Source of the DNA: a virus
Taxonomy: Duplodnaviria > Caudoviricetes
Strand: one strand, 5' to 3'
DNA: 53,531 bases
Virus record (IMG/VR): IMGVR_UViG_3300020045_008912
Coordinates: 1-53,531 of that record
Notes under the pieces: model-generated
Told to the model about the DNA's origin: nothing
What the model saw: only the letters and a program-made list of their open reading frames with translations
Database searches by the model: none
Shown here: piece after piece, positions 16,752 through 27,729 of the stretch
How the letters are laid out: every line of letters starts with the position of its first letter
How positions within the stretch are numbered: position 1 is the stretch's first letter
Translations under genes and position numbers: made by a program

Positions 16752-19700
16752 ATGTCTGGATTATATTTCAACAGCGGGATAGATAATGGTTTTGATAAGG
16801 ATATTAAAAAGATGCAACAACAGGTTGAGGCATTATCTAAAACAGTGACCAAAGAAGGCAATTCCATAGATTCTACATTTAAAACTATTGGGAAAACAGT
16901 AGGAGCAGCCATAACCGTTGCCGCTTTAGCAGAGGCGGGAAAAGCTATTATTAATTTTAGCACAGGACTTGAAACAGCATTAGGTGAAATTGCAACAATA
17001 TCAAAGGAAGTTAATGATAACACAGAACAATATAAAAATACTTTAATTGCTTTAAGCACTACAGAGGATTTAGCAGCCTCTTCCGCTCAACAATTGGCAG
17101 AGGCATACTATGAAATTGTATCCGCAGGATACGACGGTGCAGATGGTTTGAAAGTGCTGGAAGCCGCTGCCAGAGCAGGTACCGCAGGGTTTGTGGATGC
17201 GATGGTGGCAGGTGATGGAATCACAACTGTTTTAAATGCTTGGGGAAAATCAGCCGACGAGGCGGGTTCGGTCTCAGATATCTTTTTTAAGACTGTAGAA
17301 AGAGGTAAAACAACATTCCCAGAACTTGGTGCCAACATTGCTAAAGTAGCTCCCATTGCGGCTAGTATGGGAATTTCTTTTGAGGAAACATCGGGGGCAA
17401 TTGCGAGTTTAACCAAGCAGGGTACTAAAACCCCAGAGGCTCTTACTCAGTTAAAAGCTGCAATGATTGGAATGAATAAAGTACTTGGCGATGGATGGGC
17501 AGAATCAATGACTTTCCAAGAGGGTTTATTGGCTGTTGAGAAACAAGCGGGAGGCAGTCAAAATAAACTACTGGAATTATTAGGTAGTAGTGAGGCTGTT
17601 TTGGCTACTTTAGCACTAACCGGAAAGAATGCAAATGGTGCCGCGATGGATTTGGATGCCATGAATAATGCACTAGGGGCTACGGCTTCGGCAACTGAGA
17701 AAGTGGTAGGAACAACAGACCACCAAATCAAATTGTTAACCAATAATATACTTGCCGCGTTTGAGCCGTTGGGGGATCTTGGAAAAGGTGCAATTTCTGA
17801 AATTGCAGCCGTTTTAAACGAGGCTTTTAAATCGGGAGACATAGAACGCTTTGGGAAGGCTATTTTATGGCTAGTAGGTGCTTTCACTACTTACAAAGTG
17901 GCGACAATGGCACAAATTCAATTACAGAAAATCCAAAAAATATTAATGGCAGAGGCTATTCTGCAAAAGAAATTAGCAGCAATGGAAGGCATAAAGCTTT
18001 CAAACGCGGAAGCCATTGCAGCTGCCAAAACCAATATGATGTCAATGGCTACAAAAAAAGCCGCGCTAAGTATGCGTAATATGACCGCCGCCTTTGCTTC
18101 AAATCCTATTGGTCTAATTATAACCGGCTTAACACTTGCTTTACCCCTGTTGTACAAATTCATTGATTCACAAAAAGAGAGCACAAAAATCCAAAAAATA
18201 TCTGAGGATTCTATTGGTGCATATAATGCGAGTTTAGTGGTGGAGAAAGACAATCTTAATAACCTTTTCGACCAATTAAAAAAGACAAATCCCGAATCCG
18301 AGGAAAGAAGGCGATTAATAGAGGAACTTAAAAAGATTAATCCTGAGTACACCTCTTTAATTGATTTAGAAACCGCATCGGAAGGAGAGTTAGAAATAGC
18401 AAGAAAGGCGGCCAATGATGAATTGGAGAGGAAAATAGCTTTACAGGCAAAAGAAACTGCAACAAGCGATATAAACGCAAGGTTGGTGGAACAAATAGAA
18501 TCCATCCGAAAATTAGAGAAAGAACAATCCGAAGTGGCTAAAAAGTTTGAAGGACGTTCCCAAGAGGACATAAATTCTACAATTCAGGCATATGAGGATA
18601 AAATTAATAAAGTAAAAGAAACGGTGGAAGCTCTCAAAAAAGAGAGGGAGGAAATCAATGCTTATTATGATGCAATAATAAAAGGGGCAAACAAAACTTC
18701 CACAAGTACAGGACCTACACAGGCTGAAATAGACGCGGAAGCCGCTAAAAAGGCAGCGTTTGAGAAAAAAATGGCGGATGAGAAAGCAGCGGAAGAGGCA
18801 GAAAAGCAAAGAGAGAAGGATTTAAAAGCTTTGGAAATTGAGAATCAAAAAAGAATCAATGAAATAGTACAACAGTATGGGACCGAGGATAAATTACAAG
18901 TGGATGCCAATGATAAATTGTTGGAAAATCAATTGTGGTATTATCAGGAAAAAAGAAAGCTGGCAAAGGATGAATTAGAAAGAGCACAAACGGACGCGGC
19001 AATTATTTCCACAAGAATACAGATTAACCCAGAGCTTCCAGAGCTTAAAAGAGATAAAGTGGACCAATATGCTGACGCATGGAAGAAACTGCAACAAAGG
19101 TATAAGGAAAATGTAGCCGAATTAAAAAACTATGAAGAGGAAAACACAATAAATAATAAAACGTGGAAGGATTCTTTAGAGTTAATCAATGGAATAAATC
19201 AATTAGTAAATGATTTAATTACCTCGTTTGGGGATTTGGATGAAGGTACTAAAAATGTTTTAACAGGCGTAGTACAAGCAACAGGTGGGTTAATAAATAT
19301 GGCTCAAAGTGTGAAAGCAGTATCCGCCGCCGTGACAACATTGGAAAAGGCTTCGGCAATTTTAGCAGTAATAGGAGCAGCTTTGCAAGTATTTACGGCT
19401 ATTGTGAATATGAGTAAGAAAGCCCGGGAAATACGGGAAGAGGCTTTAGTAAATGAATTATCCCAATTGCATAAGGTAAACTTAGCACTGATTCAACAAA
19501 ATGCACTTTATGAGGAAGGAAATACTTTCTTTTCGGATGACAAATGGGGGACGGCTTTAGCGGGATTGAGTGCTTATAATTTTGCATTGGGAAAACAATC
19601 AGAAATATTGGACGACATTAATGGAAGCACTACAGATAGGATCAATGCAGCAAATGCCACCGAATACTCATTTTCGGGAATCAATAAAGAGAATGCAAAC

Positions 19701-20642
19701 CTAATTAAAATATTCAACACAGCGGATAAAGCGGCTACAGAATTAGAGCAGGCACTTGGAAAAGTTGTGATTAAAACTAAGGATGTAGGAAAAGTTAGAA
19801 ACTTTTTTGGGAAAGAGGATGAGTATGCCAGCATATTAAAATTATATCCTGAGGTTATTGACGCGGCGGGAGATTTAGACACTGTAGTACTTCAGTCAAT
19901 TGTAGATACCCAAAAATTGTCGGCAGAAGACAAAGAGCGCCTACAAAATTTGATTGACATGACCAATGCCGCTACGGACGCCTACTCACAGTTTGGTGAT
20001 TACATTTCAGGAATATTTGGAGGGATCGGGGATGACATTGCACAAGCTTTTCAAACTATGTATGAAGGCGGGGATGATGCTATGAAAGCTCTGGAGATGT
20101 CTTTCTCCGAAATGATTGAAAGCTTTACACGGGATGCCATTGAATTTGCATTCCTACAGCCTTATTTGGATTCTTTAAACGCAAAAACGAAAGCACTAGG
20201 GGAACAATATGCAAAGGGAGAGATCACTGCCGCGGAATTACAGCAAGGAGTTACCGATGCCCTTAGCGAATTTTATAATAACATTGCCGCAGCCGAGCCA
20301 TTGGTTTTAGAGGCTTACAAAGCGGCGGATGAAGCTGCGGCAGCGGCTGGTTTTGATTCCGCATTCAATGCAGAACCAGAGCCCGTGACTGAACCCACCA
20401 TAAATGAACCCGTTTCCCGTGCGGGACAAGTTTCGGCGGCAATCACTGAGCAAACGGGAAGCGAATTGGTAGGAAGGATCAGTGCTTTAATGTTGAGTAG
20501 TGAAAGAATTGCCAACTATAGTGCGGACGCCTTAGATTATGCAATGCAAAACCTAGCATACATGAAACAAATAAAATTAAATACGGATTATTTACCTGAG
20601 ATAGCCGCAAATACACGTAAAACCTATGAAAAATTAAGTTAA
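16752..20642 (+). CDS. Tail tape measure protein (TP901-like core)
   Basis: 1296 aa, Ala-rich helical; LAEAYYEIVSAG, TVERGKTTFPEL, VAPIAASMGISFEE repeat region. Confidence 0.93.
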   Translation: MSGLYFNSGIDNGFDKDIKKMQQQVEALSKTVTKEGNSIDSTFKTIGKTVGAAITVAALAEAGKAIINFSTGLETALGEIATISKEVNDNTEQYKNTLIALSTTEDLAASSAQQLAEAYYEIVSAGYDGADGLKVLEAAARAGTAGFVDAMVAGDGITTVLNAWGKSADEAGSVSDIFFKTVERGKTTFPELGANIAKVAPIAASMGISFEETSGAIASLTKQGTKTPEALTQLKAAMIGMNKVLGDGWAESMTFQEGLLAVEKQAGGSQNKLLELLGSSEAVLATLALTGKNANGAAMDLDAMNNALGATASATEKVVGTTDHQIKLLTNNILAAFEPLGDLGKGAISEIAAVLNEAFKSGDIERFGKAILWLVGAFTTYKVATMAQIQLQKIQKILMAEAILQKKLAAMEGIKLSNAEAIAAAKTNMMSMATKKAALSMRNMTAAFASNPIGLIITGLTLALPLLYKFIDSQKESTKIQKISEDSIGAYNASLVVEKDNLNNLFDQLKKTNPESEERRRLIEELKKINPEYTSLIDLETASEGELEIARKAANDELERKIALQAKETATSDINARLVEQIESIRKLEKEQSEVAKKFEGRSQEDINSTIQAYEDKINKVKETVEALKKEREEINAYYDAIIKGANKTSTSTGPTQAEIDAEAAKKAAFEKKMADEKAAEEAEKQREKDLKALEIENQKRINEIVQQYGTEDKLQVDANDKLLENQLWYYQEKRKLAKDELERAQTDAAIISTRIQINPELPELKRDKVDQYADAWKKLQQRYKENVAELKNYEEENTINNKTWKDSLELINGINQLVNDLITSFGDLDEGTKNVLTGVVQATGGLINMAQSVKAVSAAVTTLEKASAILAVIGAALQVFTAIVNMSKKAREIREEALVNELSQLHKVNLALIQQNALYEEGNTFFSDDKWGTALAGLSAYNFALGKQSEILDDINGSTTDRINAANATEYSFSGINKENANLIKIFNTADKAATELEQALGKVVIKTKDVGKVRNFFGKEDEYASILKLYPEVIDAAGDLDTVVLQSIVDTQKLSAEDKERLQNLIDMTNAATDAYSQFGDYISGIFGGIGDDIAQAFQTMYEGGDDAMKALEMSFSEMIESFTRDAIEFAFLQPYLDSLNAKTKALGEQYAKGEITAAELQQGVTDALSEFYNNIAAAEPLVLEAYKAADEAAAAAGFDSAFNAEPEPVTEPTINEPVSRAGQVSAAITEQTGSELVGRISALMLSSERIANYSADALDYAMQNLAYMKQIKLNTDYLPEIAANTRKTYEKLS

Positions 20643-22060
20643 TGGAAGTATATGTAGATAACCTAGAAATGGAATCCTTTTTTGGGATTACTGTAGCCGA
20701 TTACACGGGGGCACTGAGCTTTCCAGCAGAAAGGGAAACAGCTTATGTATGGAGGGATAAATCGGGTATTGATTTAGACTTACTAAATAGGCGCTATGAG
20801 GCTAAAGAGTTTGTAATGGAGTGTATTTGCAAGGCTAGTAATGCAGTTGCCGCCTACAATTTGATTCAAACACTAATTACCTACATTCATAATAAAGGTG
20901 TGATTGTGTTGTCCTTGCGGGATGATTCTTTAAGCGTGCGAGAGTGTTTCCCATGCACCCGCTCAAACACAATTATAGGCAATGTGAATGTGAGAAAACA
21001 AAACAGTATTTATTCGTTTAAATTAGGCTTCAAAGATATTAACCCCGATGCTGTAAAGTATAAAACGGTTATAGTGGATAATTCAGTATCTGTGGAGTAC
21101 ACTAAAGGAGTAAATGCCATTGTGTACTGGGGAGACGGGACTAGGCAGCTTGTAACTAACTCAGGAACGTACACAAAATCCGATTATACATTGGCAGCAG
21201 GTAATGTGGATGTGATTATTGACGTGGATTCCAATAAACCCTCTATAATTGATTTAGTGGCTAATTTTACGGGAGATCCTTTAACGGGAATAATTGAGTT
21301 TGCCGTACAATTTACAGATACTTCCACGGGAGAGCCTGTCACTTGGAGCTGGGATTTTGGAGATGGTGAGATTTCCTCAGAGCAAAACCCATTACATACT
21401 TACAAAGTGGCAGGCGTTTATACTGTGACATTACAAATATTTAATGAGGCGGCAGGAAGTGACACGGAGACTAAAATAGCATATGTGGATGCTAATATTA
21501 CGGATATATTTACTACCCGGGATGGTAAAACTATTTCCGCATATATAAATGAACCTTGCACACTTGTTTATAAAATTCATCCTGATTATGTGGGAGGGAC
21601 ATGGGGGGCAAATGTCTGGATTAAAGTTTGGTTAAACCATGTTTTATTAGATGCCTATTACAGCCCATTAGGAGGAAGTGCTGATTTAAATATGAATATA
21701 GCATTAAACCCAGTAGGAGAGGCTTACTTGGAAATTAAATGGTTTGGGAATACGGAATCAAATCAAATAGCGCAACTAGTAGGACCCATGTATTTTGAGT
21801 TAAAAAATGCGGGGGTAACTCTTATGAATAACCCCGTTTCATCGGCGTGGCATTTTGACGTGTCAGGCAATGAGCTTACGGAAGCAGGAGTAAACTATAT
21901 TTTAGAATCCAGTGTTTTGGATTTAGGATTACCGGATCCTCATACTAGAGTATTTAATTTATCAGGAGGAACAAACGCGGCACCTACAAGTGTTGGAGCC
22001 CTATCACAAAAGGCGTTAATGGAGGGGGACGCTCGTTATATTTACTCCGATAATTCTTAA
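20642..22060 (+). CDS. Distal tail protein-like, with inserted PKD domain
   Basis: Follows the tape measure gene; VQFTDTSTG.P.TWSWDFGDG..S.EQNP.HTY...GVYTVTL is a canonical PKD domain. Confidence 0.75.
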   Translation: MEVYVDNLEMESFFGITVADYTGALSFPAERETAYVWRDKSGIDLDLLNRRYEAKEFVMECICKASNAVAAYNLIQTLITYIHNKGVIVLSLRDDSLSVRECFPCTRSNTIIGNVNVRKQNSIYSFKLGFKDINPDAVKYKTVIVDNSVSVEYTKGVNAIVYWGDGTRQLVTNSGTYTKSDYTLAAGNVDVIIDVDSNKPSIIDLVANFTGDPLTGIIEFAVQFTDTSTGEPVTWSWDFGDGEISSEQNPLHTYKVAGVYTVTLQIFNEAAGSDTETKIAYVDANITDIFTTRDGKTISAYINEPCTLVYKIHPDYVGGTWGANVWIKVWLNHVLLDAYYSPLGGSADLNMNIALNPVGEAYLEIKWFGNTESNQIAQLVGPMYFELKNAGVTLMNNPVSSAWHFDVSGNELTEAGVNYILESSVLDLGLPDPHTRVFNLSGGTNAAPTSVGALSQKALMEGDARYIYSDNS

Positions 22061-22065
22061 AAGAT

Positions 22066-23574
22066 ATGGAATATAACATTTACAGAAATAGCGTGGTTTT
22101 ATGCACTGTTAAACCTGAGGACACCTCAGAGTTAGAACAGGTAAAACAATCTAAGGATATAATTAAACTTAATTTTAACCTAAATGAATACGTAGACATC
22201 CAAATAGGTGATTATGTGTACTTGGAAAAAACGGGGTATTTGTATCATATAAATACGGAGCCTAATGTAATTGAAAAACCAGAGGAATATCATTATGAAT
22301 GTGTTTTTGAAGGCTCTATACATGAACTAAGGAAAACAAAAGCAATTTTGCAAACCGTAACAGAATTAAAAACGTATAAGGATTATAAATTTCCATTAAC
22401 AGGAAACGCTCATACATTCTTACTCTTTATAGTTGAGTGTTTAAACAGAGAAGGAGCCACCTACAGTGCAGGAACTTGGAAAAGTACGGAAACGCAAACT
22501 GTGTCGTTTAATAATTGGAATATTTTTGAAGCAATCACACAATTAAGCACTTTGTTGAAATTCGATTGGTGGATGGATGGTAATGTTTTACATTTTGATA
22601 AAAAGCCTTACACGTCTGGGATTTTGCTACATGTAGGAATATTGTCAGGGTTGGCGTCTCTTACTAGATTTAGAGTAGAAAATCAGAATGTGGAAACTGT
22701 CGTATATGGGTATGGTAGTACTGAAAACATTCCACCAAGAACCGCCGACGTTGGAGACACTTATGACAGTCCTTTACTCACTGAGAATAGATTGGCGTTT
22801 GTAGGAGTAGATGGAGACAGCAAGTTGGAAAACAATGTGAATTTATATGGTAGAATTGAGAGTGTGCAGGAATTTGATGAAATTAAACCCGAATTTACGG
22901 GCACGGTGACGGATATTGATTCAAACAAAAGAATATTTTACGATCCTACGATAAATTTTGTGGTTAATGACTATTTAGTGGCAGGGATACCTCCAAAAAT
23001 AACATTCCTAACAGGCACTTTAATTGGCAAAACTTTCAATGTGTCTATTATCCCTTATTATGCCACAAATCAAATAACGATGGACATAGTAACCGATGAA
23101 AGTGGAGATTATCCAAATGACATAGCAAAGCCCGCGGTAGGTGATCTTTACAAGCTTTTCGATATAGTAATGCCACCCGTATATGTAACTGAGGCAGCCG
23201 CTAGATTGCAAGCCGCCACACAGGAGTACCTAACAAAGTACTCAAAGGCAATAGAGGCTTATGAATCTGCTTTGGATAAACAATTTATACAGCTTCATAA
23301 CATAGTTTTAAATTTAGGGGATATAATTCGAGTAGTATCCATAAAATTTGGGATAGACAGCTTATTTCCAATTAACACGCTCACACAAAAAATAACCGAC
23401 CCTTTTGCTTATGTAATTCAATTTGGAGATATACTACCAAAGGGAATTTTATCTAGCTTGCAATTAAATAATTTTAGCTTAGAGCAGGAAATTTATAATG
23501 TGAGTAATTCTCAAATAAACACAAATACAGTGAACAATATAATAGGAGAAACGACACAATGGCAGCTACTTTAG
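22066..23574 (+). CDS. Baseplate hub / Tal-like tail protein
   Basis: Follows Dit; TVVYGYGSTENIP, YGRIE...FDEIKP and LNLGDII resemble prophage tail endopeptidase-like hubs. Confidence 0.7.
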   Translation: MEYNIYRNSVVLCTVKPEDTSELEQVKQSKDIIKLNFNLNEYVDIQIGDYVYLEKTGYLYHINTEPNVIEKPEEYHYECVFEGSIHELRKTKAILQTVTELKTYKDYKFPLTGNAHTFLLFIVECLNREGATYSAGTWKSTETQTVSFNNWNIFEAITQLSTLLKFDWWMDGNVLHFDKKPYTSGILLHVGILSGLASLTRFRVENQNVETVVYGYGSTENIPPRTADVGDTYDSPLLTENRLAFVGVDGDSKLENNVNLYGRIESVQEFDEIKPEFTGTVTDIDSNKRIFYDPTINFVVNDYLVAGIPPKITFLTGTLIGKTFNVSIIPYYATNQITMDIVTDESGDYPNDIAKPAVGDLYKLFDIVMPPVYVTEAAARLQAATQEYLTKYSKAIEAYESALDKQFIQLHNIVLNLGDIIRVVSIKFGIDSLFPINTLTQKITDPFAYVIQFGDILPKGILSSLQLNNFSLEQEIYNVSNSQINTNTVNNIIGETTQWQLL

Positions 23575-23807
23575 TACCTAAATACAATTTCGGAACTGAG
23601 GCACAAATTTTAGCCTTACTCAACACGTCTCCATTATGGATTGATTTAGCATTTTATTATCCTAGTGACAAAGCATACTTTTACCAAATACAAAATGGAG
23701 TGATGAAAAAAATAGGAACGGAAGCCACTGGAGATCAATTTATTGATGGAGGTCACGCGGATGAAGTTTACCAATTAAATGATGTTATTAACTCAGGAGG
23801 TGCATAA
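23559..23807 (+). CDS. Small tail-associated protein
   Basis: 82 aa ending IDGG...INSGGA, coupled (TAATG) to the next gene. Confidence 0.6.
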   Translation: MAATLVPKYNFGTEAQILALLNTSPLWIDLAFYYPSDKAYFYQIQNGVMKKIGTEATGDQFIDGGHADEVYQLNDVINSGGA

Positions 23808-24649
23808 TGGCAGCAAAAATACAAATAAGGAGAGACACAGCGGCTAATTGGACCACTATTAATCCTGTTTTATCAGATGGTGAACAAGGTTTTGAAAAGG
23901 TTACCAATAAAGTGAAAGTAGGTGACGGAGTAAAAACTTGGAACTTGCTACCCTATTTAGGAACAACACAAAGCACAAATGATAAAGGATTTTTTCCAAC
24001 GGAAGCCGATTTAATTGCAGCAATTCCCGTAGGTGAGGCTGGTTGGTTTGCTGTAGTTGGGGAAACAGATACGATTTGGGTTTGGGATGTAGATACAACA
24101 GCATGGGTGGATAGTGGAGCCATTCCAAGTGGGTTAGCAAGTGATATACACGGAGCAACTGAGAAAGGGAGTATTGAGGACAATGATGAAATTCCTATTT
24201 CAAATAGTGCTTTAGGTGCATGGGGGTTGGCAAAGGTCAAATGGAGTACTTTAAAAAATAATATTAAAGCATTCTTAGATCCTACGTATTTAAAAGACTG
24301 TTTTTCCTTCGCATTGTCTGACTACTCATCCGATATAGAGCTAGGAACTAGGGACAAATTTAATATGCCCTATGCCTGTACTCTTACCGATTTATTTATT
24401 GCTGTAGCAACAGCACCTACGGGGGCTTCATTAATAGTGGACCTTCATAAAAATGGAGTGTCAATATTTACTACTTTAGTAAGTATAGATGCAGGGACGT
24501 TGACATCAATAACAGCGGTAACCCCTTATGTACTTACAGGAACTATAACCTTTGTAAAAGGTGATTTATTAACAGCTATAGTAACACAGCGTGGCGCAAC
24601 AATAAAAGGAGCAGGTTTAAAAGGATATTTAAACATAACAAGAACATAA
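23807..24649 (+). CDS. Tail fibre/adaptor with Mtd-N/hyaluronidase-N-like domain
   Basis: IQIRRDTAANWTTINPVL.DGE.G.E..TNKVKVGDGVKTWN.LPY N-terminus; C-terminal beta domain (TAPTGASLIVDLHKNGVSI). Confidence 0.8.
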   Translation: MAAKIQIRRDTAANWTTINPVLSDGEQGFEKVTNKVKVGDGVKTWNLLPYLGTTQSTNDKGFFPTEADLIAAIPVGEAGWFAVVGETDTIWVWDVDTTAWVDSGAIPSGLASDIHGATEKGSIEDNDEIPISNSALGAWGLAKVKWSTLKNNIKAFLDPTYLKDCFSFALSDYSSDIELGTRDKFNMPYACTLTDLFIAVATAPTGASLIVDLHKNGVSIFTTLVSIDAGTLTSITAVTPYVLTGTITFVKGDLLTAIVTQRGATIKGAGLKGYLNITRT

Positions 24650-24650
24650 A

Positions 24651-25115
24651 ATGGAAGTAATACAATATAATAAAATAACTGGGAAATATATCACTGAGGA
24701 ATACCCTAGAATTGACACTAAACCAGTTATTAATTTAGCAGAGGAATTGGAATACTTTGAAATTGTAAAGGAGGTTGAACCTTCCTATAATATTAATGAG
24801 TACACAATACATATAAATACTATTTTAACAGAACAAAAAAGCAGTAAATTCCCAGCTTTAAAAGTAGCTATTATTGAATATGAATTACAGTTAATTCCTA
24901 AAAATGAAGTTATTTCCAATTTTAATAATGCCTTTGGTACTTTTATTGATTCAGCGTACCCAATTTGGCAGCGTGTAAAGGATTTGACTGCCTCCACAAA
25001 CGAGGGTACAATACGGCAAGCTCAGGAAGCCTCTTTGCGAGAAACAAGGCAGGAAAGAGAGCTTTTATACATTAACGATAATATATTTCCTGATTTTAAT
25101 TTTTATTGGTTATAA
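24651..25115 (+). CDS. Hypothetical tail-associated protein (possible fibre chaperone)
   Basis: 154 aa between two fibre-like genes. Confidence 0.55.
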   Translation: MEVIQYNKITGKYITEEYPRIDTKPVINLAEELEYFEIVKEVEPSYNINEYTIHINTILTEQKSSKFPALKVAIIEYELQLIPKNEVISNFNNAFGTFIDSAYPIWQRVKDLTASTNEGTIRQAQEASLRETRQERELLYINDNIFPDFNFYWL

Positions 25116-25116
25116 T

Positions 25117-27339
25117 ATGCATGTAATTAACTCATATAAATTCAGTAGTAAACCATTTGTAATGGAATGGAAAACTACTGTTCCAAATGAAAGCATAACA
25201 ATTCCAACCTCTAATATATCGGGGAGCCAAACGTATGCGTGTTTTATAGACTATGGAGATGGTTCCCCAGAAGTTTATGCCAATACCTATAATAATGTTA
25301 ATTTTTCACATTCTTATGTACTGGCAGGCAACTATGAGGTTAAAATACGAGGTATATTTAGTGGCTTAAATATAAATAATGGAGCCCAAAAATTAAAAAT
25401 AATAAAAGTAAAAAAGTTTGGGTCGGTAAACCTGACCTTTTTAAATTGTTACGGCGCTGCAAATTTAACAACTATCCCAAATGATGGTACAATAAATGCA
25501 AAATCTTTAATAAATATAAATTTACTTTTTAGTGGATGTGTAGGAATTTCTGATTGGGGGGACATACATACGTGGGATATTTCTAATGTAACTACAATGA
25601 CAAGTGCGTTTAGTAGCACTCCTGCTTTTAACCAAGATATTAGTGGGTGGAATACTGGAAAAGTTGCATCCATGTCATATTGTTTTTTTGGAGGGACTAA
25701 TTTTAACCAAAATTTAAGTGGATGGGACGTTTCCAATGTTACTGCCATGCAAGGAATATTTCAAGGTTGCTCCGTATTTAATCAGCCAATAGGAAGTTGG
25801 AACATAACAAAATTAAACAATGCTCAATCTATGTTTAACGGATGTGCTGCCTTTAATCAACCTTTAAACAATTGGGGAGTTACTATGAATGCTTTGGTGG
25901 ATATATCTTCTATGTTCCAAGGTTGTACCAACTTTAACCAAGATTTAAGTGGTTGGGATACTTCAAAAGTGACAAACATGTCCTCAACATTTTCAACTTG
26001 TCCAAATTTTAATGGGGATATTACAACATGGAACACTATAAATGTGACATCTATGTCTCAAATGTTTATATCCAGTAGTACGTTTAATCAAAATATTAGC
26101 GGTTGGAATGTTGAAAAGGTTACTAATATGTCTCAAATGTTTAACGGGGCGGCCTTATTTAATCAGCCAATAAGTAGTTGGAATCCTATTGCTCTATCTG
26201 TATCGGATTACTCGTTTCAATACTGTTATGCGTTTAATAAACCTATTACATGGACTTTACCAAAGGCAACAAATTTAGGTTACATGTTTCAGGGTTGTAC
26301 CGCTTTAAATAGTAACATTACGTTTAACAGTCTTGCTTCCATTTCTCTAAGCGTTTCAATGACATATATGTTTAATGGATGTACAGCTATGAATGGGGTG
26401 GTTATTTTAGATGGTTCCAAAGTGACTAATATGGCACGAATGTTTAATGGTTGTTCCACATTTAATCAAACAATAAATTTTGATTGTCATAAACTAACAA
26501 CAGCGGGGTATATGTTTAGCGGGTGCACGGCTTTAAACAGTGCAATTAATTTAACAAATATAGGAACGGACGCCAGCGTTTCTACTATCAATTTTGAAAG
26601 AATGTTCCAATCCTGCCCTGTATTTAGCCAAGATTTAAGTGCATGGAATATAAGTAAGGTATCAAATATGTCCTATATGTTTGCAGCAAGTGGACAAAAT
26701 AGTAATATTAATTGGACAACAATGGGAGCCGCTGCAAGTGTTACTACAATTAACCTTTCCTATATGTTTTTAAATGCCACTGTATTTAATCAGCCTCTAA
26801 ATAATTGGGATATAAACAAAGTAACCAACTTACGGGAGACGTTTAGAGGTGCAACGGCATTCAATCAGGATTTATCAATGTGGGATACCTCAAATGTAAC
26901 ATCAATGGCGGCAATGTTTATGACATCGGGATTTAATCAAAATATAAATAGTTGGGATGTTTCAAAAGTAACTTCAATGGCAGAAATGTTTAGGCAAAAT
27001 TATACCTATAATCAACCTATGGATAGTTGGGATACTGGTGCGGTTACTGCTATGGGAAGCATGTTTAATTATGCTACCGCTTTTAATCAGTCTTTGGCAA
27101 CTTGGAACATGAGCAACGTATTAACAGCCTCAGGTATGCTCCAAAAACAATCCGCAGCATATGCAATAAGTACTCTTAATTGGTCTAATACTATTATTGG
27201 ATGGGCGGCACAAACATTGAAACCAAATGTAGCACTAGGTACTGTGACAGCTTACCATAATGCGGATTCTGTGGATGATTTAGCAATATTAACAGGAAGT
27301 CCAAACAATTGGACGTTAACTGATTTAGGATTACAATAG
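25117..27339 (+). CDS. DUF285/BspA-like repeat protein, putative receptor-binding protein
   Basis: Many ~25-aa repeats of FNQ(D/P)(I/L)S.W(D/N).S.VT.M..MF, preceded by a PKD-like IDYGDG...HSY...GNYEV domain. Confidence 0.85.
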   Translation: MHVINSYKFSSKPFVMEWKTTVPNESITIPTSNISGSQTYACFIDYGDGSPEVYANTYNNVNFSHSYVLAGNYEVKIRGIFSGLNINNGAQKLKIIKVKKFGSVNLTFLNCYGAANLTTIPNDGTINAKSLININLLFSGCVGISDWGDIHTWDISNVTTMTSAFSSTPAFNQDISGWNTGKVASMSYCFFGGTNFNQNLSGWDVSNVTAMQGIFQGCSVFNQPIGSWNITKLNNAQSMFNGCAAFNQPLNNWGVTMNALVDISSMFQGCTNFNQDLSGWDTSKVTNMSSTFSTCPNFNGDITTWNTINVTSMSQMFISSSTFNQNISGWNVEKVTNMSQMFNGAALFNQPISSWNPIALSVSDYSFQYCYAFNKPITWTLPKATNLGYMFQGCTALNSNITFNSLASISLSVSMTYMFNGCTAMNGVVILDGSKVTNMARMFNGCSTFNQTINFDCHKLTTAGYMFSGCTALNSAINLTNIGTDASVSTINFERMFQSCPVFSQDLSAWNISKVSNMSYMFAASGQNSNINWTTMGAAASVTTINLSYMFLNATVFNQPLNNWDINKVTNLRETFRGATAFNQDLSMWDTSNVTSMAAMFMTSGFNQNINSWDVSKVTSMAEMFRQNYTYNQPMDSWDTGAVTAMGSMFNYATAFNQSLATWNMSNVLTASGMLQKQSAAYAISTLNWSNTIIGWAAQTLKPNVALGTVTAYHNADSVDDLAILTGSPNNWTLTDLGLQ

Positions 27340-27377
27340 TAAAAATAATATTAACAATTGTAAATAAAAAGGAACTT

Positions 27378-27704
27378 ATGCCACCACATCAATGCAGCGA
27401 AAGCAATAGATTATTAAGAATAGAGAAAATATTGGATGGTGATTCCAGAGCGGGTTTAATTGAGCAGGTACTAGAAAATAATGAAAGGATTAACAGAATG
27501 GAAAAGGATTTAAATAGTTTAGCCGTTAGTTATTCAGCTATAGCCAAAACAATGTTGGAAATTGATATAACAGAACGTATCAAGGCAGAAAATGAAACAG
27601 CAAAAATACAGCAAAGGGATAATAGGATGCGTTACCTAACTATTATATCAATTGTCTTTGGGATTGCAATTCCATTAACCGCATTAATTTTATCAGTAAC
27701 TTAG
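27378..27704 (+). CDS. Coiled-coil protein with C-terminal transmembrane helix (holin/lysis-accessory-like)
   Basis: Coiled coil followed by hydrophobic YLTIISIVFGIAIPLTALIL. Confidence 0.55.
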   Translation: MPPHQCSESNRLLRIEKILDGDSRAGLIEQVLENNERINRMEKDLNSLAVSYSAIAKTMLEIDITERIKAENETAKIQQRDNRMRYLTIISIVFGIAIPLTALILSVT

Positions 27705-27729
27705 TAAAAAATTTTAATACATAAGGAAT

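Noticed and set aside
17108-20515. Antisense ORFs within the tape measure gene and similar shadows elsewhere (for example 36653..37060, 47017..47772)
   Set aside because: They lie fully opposite well-supported genes and have Ser/Phe-rich composition that mirrors Glu/Lys codons.
25117-27339. Diversity-generating retroelement target or CRISPR-like array
   Set aside because: The repeats are degenerate in-frame protein repeats; I found no reverse transcriptase, no template/variable repeat pair and no spacer structure.
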